NCBI RefSeq assembly: GCF_001194135.2
Contig: NC_068998.1
Location: forward strand, 38,384,732 to 38,448,378
Length of the DNA: 63,647 nt
Source of the DNA: Octopus bimaculoides
Taxonomy: Eukaryota
Direction of reading: 5' to 3'
Below the pieces are notes generated by a model, which made no database searches, was not told where the DNA came from, and was given only the letters and a program-made list of their open reading frames with translations. The position numbers and the translations under genes were made by a program. Shown here piece by piece: positions 12,346-23,886 of the stretch. Positions within the stretch are counted from its first letter, which is position 1. The number at the start of each line of letters is the position of its first letter.

Positions 12346-15300
12346 ATGTCATGTAGCCAGAGAATTAGACTTTATTTTGATGAAATCTGGTCAAATCCAC
12401 AGGGTGTAAATTGGGGACTGTCCTGAATCTTGGGTTTTTAGAGAGAAAATTAGTTGGGCCTGACCATGCCTTTTGAAAATATAAGGGAAACAACTCGAAA
12501 CTACTCCAAAAGCTTGCAAGGTCAATTGACAGAATCACAAACACTACATTAATAAAATGGCTATTACTCCTTTCAAATCAATAGTATTATTCTTACTATT
12601 CACAACACTAACATAAATATCACCATTAACAATACGGTGGTGTCTTGAACAGTAGATTAGAAAACTAAACAACGAAATAGAACGATCGAAACACCACCGT
12701 CTTTAGAAGGATTTTAACACGTTTCTTTGTTTCACGAACACGCATACACATCCATACAAATTAGACATACACATCACTACTCCTCGTTCATTGTCAGAAC
12801 TGGTTTTGAATTTAAAGTAATGAAAACATAAATGTATATCATTTTCCAACATTAATTCACTCACAGTGGCAAAACAGAAAATACATCATTAAACTAAAAA
12901 AAAAACAAGGAAATTAATTCACAAATGTACGTCATGAAAAAAAATCGAGCGACAAAATGGTTTCCGTTTAAAAGAAATGTTACGAGAATGCGTTTATAAT
13001 GTTTCAAATAGGTTCCAAGTGAGGAATTGTCGGTTATTATCGGTTAAAAGTACAGGAAGCCGTTGATTAATAAGTCACTGAGGTAGATAAGAGAGATGTG
13101 GGGGAAAATGAGACAAAAAGATTGCAGTTACGGTAATTTTTTTTTAATCTGGTTTTTATTTCCAAAATAGACATAAACACTGAGAGACAAAATTAAGACG
13201 AGATTCGTACTTAATAAAAGTATAGGTATGGAAAGAAATAAGGCTTGAATGGTTATAAGCAAGCCATAAGTACAAAGGGAAGATAGAGGGGGAGGTGGTA
13301 GAGAGAAAATAGTCGTCGACGGAGCTGGGATGTGAACTAGAAACAGCTTTTGACTCATTTCATTGAAACTAACCTAAAGGTGGTGACCATAACGGTAAAT
13401 CACTTAATAAGTTTATAATACATACTGAAATATCAGTACAAAATGTACACACATTTATATTTCAGCATTTGAGCTGTGAACACAAAACAGTGAACAGAGA
13501 CATGTTGGAGAGAAAGGGAAGGAGTCTCAAGACTTATGAAGAGAGGAGGTACAGGAGGAGGAGACAGAGAAAGAGAGAGAGGAGGCGAAGAGAAGAAAGA
13601 AAATCTATGTTGTTTAAATAAAATAAACTTTAATAGTAATTTATTAACGAAAATTGTCCAACGGTAACTAGTAAGTTATTGAAAATATATAAAACTGCAG
13701 CCGGTTGATGTGAAGAGAAAGCAGTAGTGCTGAGCAAGAAAGCAAGACTTAATATAGAGCGACCCAGATCGTTGGTGGAAATAGGAAAAGTATGAGTAAT
13801 GGCTCTGTGAATGAGGAATAGAGAGAAGCGAATGGCTTGTGTCTAACTATTTGAATAGGGTTGAAATTTCCTGCTCAGATAAGATAGCTAAACCAAACAA
13901 AAATATATTTATTATATTATTTGGGACGGGAAACGAAAGTGGCACGAAAGAAAAGTAGACGATATTACACATTTATTACATGGTCGATGATGGCGACAAG
14001 AGCCAACCATACAAGGATGGAGGGGGGGTATACATGGCTTGCCGAGAGACGAGACGAGACGGGGTGGAAATGATTATCATTATTAACGTTCTCATGATTT
14101 TATTTATCATCACGAAAAGCAACAAAATAAAACCCAACAAAAACAATGCTACCAACTGTTACCTATTAAGCCATCCTTTTGGATGGATGTTGTTGGGTGC
14201 ACGTGTGCTAGCGTTAAGTCTGAACAGCAATTATTAAAACTTCATTCCCTAGCCTCCTATATTATTACCATGTCCTCTTCTAGAATAAAGGGGGTTGCTT
14301 CAGTTATAGCAGCCAAAACCTGACTGTCGTGGATAGGTTTTGTAGACACGAAACAGGACGTGCTTCTCGGGGTTTCATTCTACAAATGAAACCTTCATTA
14401 AAAATAATTATACTTATAGAAAACTTAATTGGGATCTTTAACACACAGCTATTCCATTTAATACAGAACTATTTCTATTTAATAACGATCAAAGATATTA
14501 GAAATAATTTATTATTTTTATAGCCTGCTACAACATCTCTCAACAGCGTCGAGAAGTTTGCTTCTTCTCATTCATCCAGTTCAACCAGCTCAGCTAGTCG
14601 CAGCAGCTCAACCAAGTAGCAGTTATGGCGATGCACTACTCCACAGACAGAGATCGTTCTCTATCGATAATACACTGTACTGCTACTAGTAACAACAACA
14701 ACAACAACAAACGTCGAAAACTGTGGCCTACTGAAGCCACAACAATCCCAATAGAAAAAGGGGAATACATTTGGGTAATTAATTAATATGAGTAGTGGCG
14801 ACCTTAAGCAATACGAAAAAAGAGGAGATATACGAGGTAGAGCCGGTATAGACCAGAGGCTGTGTTTATTTGTATTTCCCATACATTAATGTAATTTGAA
14901 TCACCAGTCATAGCTTCTCTTGCCCCATGCTAACATTAGTCTAACATTATCTTAACAGCTTTATAGTGAATAAAATATAAATATGGGAAACACAAAACAG
15001 ACTGTTCTAACATTTCCTGCTCATACTGTGTGAGTGTGTGTGCCTGTGTGAGAGACACTGAGAAAGATTATAATGTGGAGACTGAAATATTTATTAACAA
15101 TTCTGTAAAATGGAGGGTGAAGTGTATGTTAAGAAAAGGAGACTGTAAAAAAGGCCATCTACAGCAGCCATGGCAAATACAAACTTTGGGGACTTAATAC
15201 TACAGGAGATATTGAGATGTTCATGCTTTTCCATAAGAACCTTAGTTGATAATAATGAATGATTTCAAATTAAATATTTCCATTGAGGACATATTTATAC

Positions 15301-18277
15301 AGCACACAGCAACACTAATGTATAGTCAATTAAAATGATTGAAGTGATAAAGCAACCCAGAAAGAGAGGATAACATCTTTAAAAAAAAAGACTAAGTTGA
15401 TAGTAGCAGATGAATAAGATATTTTCTCTGCTCTGTATATTGTTGTTGTTGTTGTTGCTGTACTATGATGAAAGTGTATGGAGACTGGAGCAGGTGGGAG
15501 TGGTAGGTAAGAATAGTTTGGATGACAGCAGCAGCAATTGGCCCTGACATCTGAATGAATAACTTAGGTGAAGGTGAGAAAAAAGCACATGGCTAATCAA
15601 CATAAGGATGAAGCCAAGTAAACAAATAACAAAAAAAAAAAAATTATAGATATATAAATATATACATGTACATACATACACATACACACTCACGCACACA
15701 TGTATACGTGCAGATGTCTACTACTTCCTGTATAAGGCTGTGTGACTAACCAAGCAGAGTGTGCAAAAAAAAAAGAACCAAGATTAAAAGTGAAACAATA
15801 AAATACAACTTAACAAGATAACAATAATAATAAACAATAACAATCAGTGATTGTATCATTTTTATAGTTCATCGTTGTTATAGTTGTCATCTAGGAACAG
15901 TTAGCTGTATAACTGTCTTGCTCTGTAGAAAGACATTTTAAAGCTGTTAGGAAGAGCTGTTTCAAATAAGGTTGGATGAGACAAGACTCAAGAGGAGAGA
16001 GAGGAAGTTTCAGTTGGAGATTTTTATGGTGTTTATTAAATATACAAACAACAACAAATAAGACTCCAAAAGCCATATACTGTAAACAAGCTAGAAATAT
16101 TAGTTTCTAGAAAAGATAAGATCCACATCTATGGGTGGAAGGGAGTGGAGAAGTGACAGCTAACTACCCTAATGTTTGACGGAGGAAGGAAGATTAAAGG
16201 GTCGGGTGGGGGAGGTGAGAGAGGAGGGAAGTGTAGGTAAATAAATAAGTAAAGGGTGGTGGTGATGATGATGATGGAGACAGGCAGATTAATTGATTAG
16301 ATGACAAAAAACAGCAACCAATCATGTGAAGCTATTGCTATGAACACCCCAGCTGTCTTTCAAAGATACCAGTTTGCCACCAAATTCAAAATAACCGATG
16401 GCGCAATGCTACCTTTGCTCGGTTCAATACCATCCCAACGCGACGAAGAACAGAAGGGCATCAAGACCATTGCTCAATCAATATGGAGAACCAAGGCAGG
16501 AGCAGGCAAAGAACTCGAGCCATTGTGATGAAGGACCCCAGCTTTCTTAGATACAAACTCTCGACATCTATAGCTTCGCAGGACAGGGACAGAGATGGGA
16601 AAATATCTATTTACAGGGGGGAAAAGGGAGAAAAACTGTTAGAAAAAGGACAGACTTCAGGAGGAGGAGGGGGGAAGGAGGAAAGATAGAGAAAAAGTAA
16701 CAAGGAATGTACTGTGAGAGAGGAACAGATTGATAAAGAGAAATGGAAAGAAAACGGGGGGGAAACTGAGAAAGGTGAGAGAAGAGTGATAAAAAGACAA
16801 ACACGAAGGCAAGAAACGGGGTATCTTTCGTTTTAAGGACTTCAGCTGTCGTCGTCGTGTTCACAAAGACAATATTATTTATGGCCTTCATCTATCTCAA
16901 GTCGACATAGCCTCTGATGATCTAATACATTTTGTGGAGGTTTGGATTTTACGTACCTAAAACGAAAGACCCCCATGAAACGCATAGGGAGAAGGCAAAC
17001 GAGTTAGATGAGAGAACAGAAAGGGACAGACTGACAAGAGAGATAGAAATAACTGCTAAATGAGAGAAGAGGAAGGTTTGGGAGAAAGAGAGAGAGAGAG
17101 AAAAGAGTTATACAAACAAGCAATGAGGGAGAGGAGAAAGAGGGGGTGGGAGACATTAAGATATAAGAGAAAGAGAAGAGGCAGACGAAAAGGACAGGGG
17201 ACAGAGAGAAAGGGGGGGAGGAGAGGATTCAGGGAGGATACAGAAAGGAAGAGAGAGAGACGGACAGAATGGAAAGAAGAATGCGACACACAGACAAGAG
17301 AAAACGAGAGATAGAGAGACAGTGGAAGAAAGAGAAAGGAAGAGAAGACAATGTGAGAGTGAGATCGAGATAGGTTAGAGTAAAAAGAGGGAGGGGGAGA
17401 GAAAGAATGGAGAGAGAGACAAAGAAAGATTGAAACGGAGAGGGGGGAGATCAATAAGAGAGGGGGTGGGAGGGGGTAGGAAATAAGCTTTCATTTAGCT
17501 TTTTCTCCCCCCCCCCCGTTTGCAAAATCAACAACACAAATAAACAAACAATTGTAAATAAACTTTCATCATCATCATCGGCAAGAGAGCAACATGATTA
17601 TGTATCTACCTCATGATTCATTGTGGAAAAAAAAAGGTAGGCTTTTATGAAGGGGGGAAAGTAAACAAAATCACAAGATAAGAGGACTCGGTGAGGGGGG
17701 AGGTTACTAGGTCCCTGAATTTTAGTAGAAAATGCTCAATAGTCAGAGAGGTGGTGGAAAGAATAATAATGATGATAATAATAATAATTCGATAATAATA
17801 ATAATAATAATAAACAAACCTAATCAGATATGTAAATAAATACAGAAATATTTTTAATTTTCCATACCGTATTTACCTCACGCAAATGTGGATAGATTGG
17901 TCGACTTTTTCAGAAATAGATGTATGGTACAAACTATAAAATGACTAACGCTGTTGACTATACAATATATATAAATAAATATTTCACAAAATATACCAAC
18001 ATATCGTCAACAAGTGGTAGCATATTATACATATATACATATATATTTTTATATATATATATGTATATACTTACATATATATATATATATATATACTTAT
18101 GTATATATAATGAGAGAAAAGGAACATTGTAGATTTAGATACATAAATATTATAGTGTAACATAAATACATAGAAATGAAAACATGGCAAACAGACGGGT
18201 ATAATATCTGGGAGAGAAAATGTGACATGTATTAAGGTATGAAAGGGGCTGGAGATGTGGATAAAATGAGTGGATAC

Positions 18278-19051
18278 CTGATTTCGGAAAGCTTGGCAGC
18301 CGGATATGGCCCCCTGAGTCTGTGGGAACGCGTTTATAGCTCCTCGTTGATGGGGACTCCATGCCTGTTGCATAGGGTAACCAGCCACACTGCCCATGTC
18401 AGCAGGGACTTTTTGAGAACCTCCGTATTCTGAGTAGTTATTCGGATATCTCTGAGCCGAATTCGGAGATTGTAAAAGCTGATTAAGGGTCGGTGTTGGT
18501 CCGCTCTGTTGAGATATGCTTTGACCAGACATTAATCTTGTCGAGGCAGGATTATATGAAGGGGGCATCATTCCCATACCAGATGTCCCCATTCCTGGTC
18601 GCATCGGATTCATTCCAGGTTTTGGACCTCCAGGAAATCCAGGCCGAACATGAGTTGGTAAATACTGTCCATGATATTGCGAGGTTTGGTTTGAAAACTC
18701 CGAACTTCCTGGCATAGACATAGCGCCATGTTGATCTCCCATGCTGTAATTTCCCCTACCGTACATACCGAATCCAGGTATTTGTGTAGGATGAATATTT
18801 TCATTCATTCTTGCATAACTATCTGAACTCACACCTCCATCTCCCGAATTCTGTGGATAATTGTTGGATTCGGAATTGACGTGAGTAGAGTCCAAAGAAG
18901 CTGTATAATCATTTTGCTCTGAGTTCATGTTTTGCTGGCCACCATCTTGAAAAGAGTCCATTGTGTTCGAATCTGAGACTTGACTCGGTGATCGTAGCTT
19001 CGTAGTAGTAACAGCACGATCTAATCCATCTTCAGAGTTAATATTTTCCAT
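18278..19051 (-). CDS. ARID1: ARID1/osa (BAF250) homologue, first coding exon (258 codons, MENINSEDG...QAFRNQ)
   Basis: Long G/P/Q/S/M-rich ORF containing SGPTPTLNQLLQSP, matching the conserved N-terminal LxxLL block of ARID1A/B and Osa (PTPTLNQLL). Strong Kozak context GAG-ATG-G. Phase-0 donor CAG|GTATCC at 18278/18277; past it the ORF runs into intronic (TA)n. Confidence 0.9.
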
Positions 19052-19060
19052 CTCAGATCA

Positions 19061-19146
19061 CTAATCCACTCTCATGTACTTCCAGGTGACTTAAATTCTT
19101 CGAATTTCTTCTGCCTTTCGGCCACAGTGACAGGTAGCCCAGGCAT
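19061..19146 (-). other. Two overlapping upstream ORFs just 5' of the ARID1 start codon (19146-19072, 24 aa; 19075-19061, MRVD*)
   Basis: Read directly from the minus strand: ATG CCT GGG...AGT ACA TGA overlaps ATG AGA GTG GAT TAG, followed by TGA TCT GAG ATG (main start). Assumes this stretch is exonic 5' UTR. Confidence 0.4.
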
Positions 19147-19874
19147 AATGCAAAGCACACACCCTGTGAGAAAAATCTGTAGAACGACCTCTAGTCGACA
19201 TCCAAAGAGTATCCAAATGTTATAAAACCTCTCCGACCTGTCTTCAGACTTTCGACACACGTGTTTTGTGATGGGGTAAAAGGATGCAGTTGGGGGAAAA
19301 GTTAGTCGGCTGGCAGCATGGTCTTATCATACACACAGCTATTATATGGCACACTTCAATAAGCGGGAATATCTCCAGCATTTAACGAGCAGATTCATAC
19401 GCAATAAGCTTTTTTTTATGTAGGTCCATAATACGTCCTTTACGGTGGCATGAGAATATTTCGGACCATGGTAATACGCCAAAGGGTTTTCCTCACCCAA
19501 AACACATGTTATCAACGAGTAATAATGATTCCAACAAATTCGGGAATTCTTTTCGCAATAGTGTTCCCTGAGCGCAAGAACAAAAATCTGGGTTGTGACA
19601 CGTCTAAGGCATTCTTTTCAAATCTGGCGTTTCAATTAGCTGATGCTAGTGCCTCCCTCCACAAAACCAGATCATTAAACTGAAATATTGTCGAGAAATT
19701 CGAGCATATCGTATCCATCACGAAAGCATGCGATACAAGATGAACATTTTAGACATTTATTATTTACAATAAAACAACTAGATATGTCGAGAGTGTTGTG
19801 TAAAAATTGATTTTTCTTTCTCCGTTACGGAGGAGTAAAATCTACCAGCTCATATTTGCTGAAGGGCTTTCGCA

Positions 19875-19884
19875 CTGACGTCAG
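19875..19884. promoter_or_regulatory. Perfect CRE/ATF palindrome CTGACGTCAG about 0.8 kb upstream of the ARID1 ATG
   Basis: TGACGTCA at 19876-19883, extended to a 10-bp palindrome, within a CpG-retaining region. Confidence 0.45.
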
Positions 19885-21081
19885 CAGTGGGCCAAGTCTG
19901 ATATTATTGAGCACGCAATTATGTTTATTCACTTTTTTCCTCTACGACAACCAGTCCTACATGCTTGGCCTGCCTTCGCTGCTTACTGAGAATATTACAT
20001 AGATCTGTTGTATTTATATATTTCTCTTTTAGAAACAAGCGGAAAAAAAGCTAACAAAAGCCACCAAGCTGTAGAAGTTAATGGTATATATTGCAGATGA
20101 AGGAAATATCAACTGAAGAAAAAGAACAGTTTTTGATTGTTTTGCTATGATTATTATTACTACTATTATTATTATTATATTTTCTCTCTCTCTCTGTTTC
20201 AGATTGGTGGAGATAAAGCAATATAGTAGCTGAAGTGAGTGAGACGTCGGCTGTTCCCGTTATAACGCATCCTCCCGCCGCTATCGTTACCACCAACACC
20301 ACTACTGCAGCAGCAGTCGATGGAGTGACAGGAAGAGAGAAAGAAAGGCAGAGAAGTAGTAGTATCGAACACACAGACACAGAAAATCGAACAAGAGAGA
20401 GAGAGAGAGAAAGAAAGAAAGACAGAGAGACAAGACTTCCCAAACAGGTTTCTAGGACTCTAGTTCAGGGGGAGACAACTGCCACCATCACAGCTGCCCT
20501 TGTCACGATGTTCTATTAGCATTTACCACATAGCAGCTATTTGGTGTGGTTGTTGTTGTTGTAGTTGTTGTGTAGCCAGTACTGTAAAGTAGTCCGCGAC
20601 CCGGTTTCGATCTCCGGTTGTAGTAGTTTTCGTTTCACTTATGGCTTTGGAAGTAAAAAAAAAAGAAAGCAAAACAAACAAAGGCATGAATGTCATCTTA
20701 TTTTATTTTTCAACTCCACCCGCCCCCTTAAAACTAAAAAAAAAACATGTCAATATAAGAAATTAAATTGCTGTCGTTGTTGTGACTACATTATTAACGG
20801 AGATGGTATTGTTGTTTTCTAATAGTAGTAGTAGTGGTGGAGGTGGTGGTAGTGTATACGGCCGAACTCGAGGATCTAATGTAGTGCCTCACTGCTCTGT
20901 TCAAATCAAGCCTGCTGTTTTTTTTGTTTTTTTTTCAGCCTTCCTCCGTGTCTCTGAAAATAAACACCAGTAATATACTATAGTTTATTCTTTCTATTCA
21001 ATATAGCTCCCACCACCATATTTCCTTGCTCGTTTACAAAATAGTACCACAAATCCAGTTTCAATTTATAGTTGGAACGTT

Positions 21082-21184
21082 ATTGGCTGATGCCCATTGG
21101 AGATGCATGAACGTTACTACATAACTACCATCCTTCCCTATAAATAAAAAAAATGTTTGTGATTAATTCGTGCCCGGCCGGCAC
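21082..21184 (+). promoter_or_regulatory. Putative core promoter cluster: two CCAAT boxes (ATTGG 21082-86, 21096-100), TATAAA 21139-44 and a GC near-palindrome
   Basis: Motif spacing resembles a CCAAT/TATA promoter facing the + strand; gtgcccggccggcac at 21170-21184, followed by a long CT-rich tract. Confidence 0.3.
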
Positions 21185-21721
21185 CCTAGATACACACTAA
21201 CTCTCTCTCTCTCTATATATATATATACACGCACGTATGTATATATATACAGCACATTCACGCTCTCATTAAATAACATCCTCTCACAGTCTGAAAGCCT
21301 TCTCTCTCACTGATATACACTCTGTCTATCTCTCTTTCTCTCTCTCTCTCTATCTATCTATCTATTTGTTTCTCTTTCAGGCTTTCTTTTTCGCGGACAC
21401 ATTCCTCTCTCGATCTCTCTTTTGTTGACAGATGCTCACATTCTCTCTCTCTCTCTTTCTTGTCAATTCCTCTCTCAATCAGGTCTTCTCTCTCTCTCTC
21501 TTTCTCTCTTCCTTATTTTCCTCTCTCTCACTGAAATACTTTTTCACATTATTGACTTTTAGCTCCCCCTCTCATTAAAACATATTTCACGAATACTTCT
21601 TTTTCTCTCTCCCCTTTTTCTCTCTTTCCTTTTCTCTCCCCTTTTCCTCTCTCTCCTTTTCCTCATATTTTCTTCTTTCTCTTTCATTCGTACACTTATA
21701 CATATTTAAACTCTTTCACCT

Positions 21722-21756
<35 letters not shown>

Positions 21757-22618
21757 ACTTCTCTCGCCCTCCCCCCATTCTTTCTCGCTATCTTTCTGTC
21801 CCTCCCTTTCTTGTTTCCCCTTTCCTCCCCTCTCTTTCTCTCTTTACTTCTTTCCCTTTCTTCTCTTCCTCTCTACTTTTCTCCCTTTTCCTCTCTGCTC
21901 TTCCCCACTAATATGTATTGAAGCCCTCTTTCCCTCTCTCCTCTCTAATACATGCTTACTCCCCCCCTCTCTCTCTCTTAACCCCCATCTTTTACCGACA
22001 CCCGTTAATGAACACTCACACACATACATACACACCTTTTTTTTCATTCAAAAAAATAATAAACAGAAAGTGATGATGTTGAGAGAATTGGGGGGGGGGA
22101 CAATTTAAAATATTTCATTAATGTACTCCTTATTGAACATACATGTATATACGCACGCGAACATGCGTATACGCATCCATATCCGATACTATTGACAATA
22201 TATTTTCGTCAAATTAGATGGTTCTCGTGTGTACATTTTCATACATACATACATGTATATATGTATGTATCTGTGTGTGTGTGTGTGTACAATTGTTATC
22301 ATACGTTTGTTTGTGTAAGTATTCTTGTGCGAGTAAAATGCAAGGAAAAACAACATGAATATATGTTTTTAGCGATGGAAAATATATCGTGTACGTGTGT
22401 CTGTGTATGTATAACTTCACAGTATATATATATATGTGTATTTTTTTTTTTTACCGTGAACCTGTAAGAGAGACAACTAAGAGTACATACATGTTGTTAC
22501 TATTTACCATTAAAACCGCTGTTATTGTTTCATTATTCTTCAATACATGTATGTTTGTGCATGCATTTGAGAAAATGTACTTTTACCTTAGACTGCAAGT
22601 GTATGTGTGTATATGATC

Positions 22619-22669
<51 letters not shown>

Positions 22670-22674
22670 GATCT

Positions 22675-22705
<31 letters not shown>

Positions 22706-23069
22706 GATCTGTGTATGCATGTCTGTCTGTGTAGATATGTGTATGCATACATGTGTGTGTAGATCCGTGTATGCATATATGTGTGTACATGTATACGCGT
22801 AAATATGTGTATGAGTGTGTGTATAAGGCGGGGTAGATATACAGAAAATGGGTTTGTTCTTATTCTTACAACATGGCCACTGTTGTTTCAGCAAAGCAGT
22901 TGTTCAATGAGACTCATCAGACAACATACACTTTGTTGAATCAGGCGTAGCAAATATTCTGATTGCAGAAATAATAGTGTTTGTGTTGGAAGAATATGTT
23001 GGATGTGGATTTGTATGTAAATATATTCACAATATATATATATGTGTGTGTATACAGGTGAGTACACAA

Positions 23070-23435
23070 GTGCAAAACAAGATGGTAAAAATAGTACTCG
23101 AATACCAAAGGTAGAGTAATAATATGCTTTTATTAAAGCTGCAAAATTATCGCAGAACTGTTATTCAGTTTCACATTCTTGTTCATTGGAGGGGGAATGT
23201 GAAACTCTGAGTAACAGTCTTATGATAATTTTGCATTTTTAATAAAAAAAAAATATATATATATACTTATTTAAAATGTCATTTCTTTCCCATTTCTAAC
23301 AAAACTGTCCGATGAACGGGAACGTGAAACTCCGAGTAACAGTTTTCTGTTTTATTTCTGCCGCTTTTAAATAAAGCATATTACTCTACCTCTGGTATTT
23401 GAGTACTCTTTTTTCCACCTTGTTGCACATTTATG
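23070..23435. mobile_element. Penelope-like terminal-repeat cluster: one inverted and two direct hammerhead-bearing units
   Basis: 23070-23190 is the reverse complement of 23308-23430; a 5'-truncated direct unit starts at about 23191. All three share gaatgt/aacgt-GAAAC...(a/g)ta-acagt and an aaagcatatta...ctctacct tail. Confidence 0.65.
23301..23346 (+). ncRNA. Type I minimal hammerhead ribozyme motif (U4C core variant), predicted cleavage 3' of 23338 (GUA)
   Basis: AAAACUGU-CCGAUGA-ACG(GGAA)CGU-GAAA-CU(CCG)AG-U-A-ACAGUUUU: perfect 8-bp stem I, 3-bp stem II, short stem III and an NUH triplet. The only core deviation is U4 to C. Confidence 0.7.
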
Positions 23436-23447
23436 AGCTTACTCCAG

Positions 23448-23501
<54 letters not shown>

Positions 23502-23503
<2 letters not shown>

Positions 23504-23848
23504 CGCAAGAGTGGCTGTGTGGTGAGTAACTTGCTTACCAACCACATGGCTCCGGGTTCAGTCCCACTGCGTGGCATCTTGAGCAAAGCCTTGTGAGTGG
23601 ATTTGGTAGACGGAAACTGAAAGAAGCCCGTCGTATATATATATATGTTTGTGTGTCTGTGTTTGTTCCCCTAGCATTGCTTGACAACCGATGCTGGTGT
23701 GTTTATGTCCTCATCACTTAGCGGTTCGGCAAAAGAGACCAATGGAATAAGTACTAGGCTTACAAAAAATAAGTCCCGGAGTCCTTTTGCTCAACTAAAG
23801 GCGGTGCTCCAGCATGGCCGCAGTCAAATGACTGAAACAAGTAAAAGG
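23502..23848 (+). mobile_element. tRNA-derived SINE, family B, near full length
   Basis: ggcgcaagagtggctgtgtgg head, gggttcagtcccac B-box, and tail ending actgaaacaagtaaaa. Confidence 0.9.
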
Positions 23849-23886
23849 AGAGAGTATATGTGTGTGTTTGTGTGCATATATATATA

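Noticed and set aside
16301-16528. 75-aa + strand ORF in intron 1
   Set aside because: Short, no homology recognised; better explained as part of a CpG-richer regulatory island.
18071-18277. C-terminal 68 aa of the 326-aa ORF
   Set aside because: Lies beyond the splice donor at 18277; intronic, ending in (TA)n.
20235-20519. 94-aa + strand ORF upstream of ARID1
   Set aside because: GTG start, composition driven by GA/ACC repeats, no recognisable domain.
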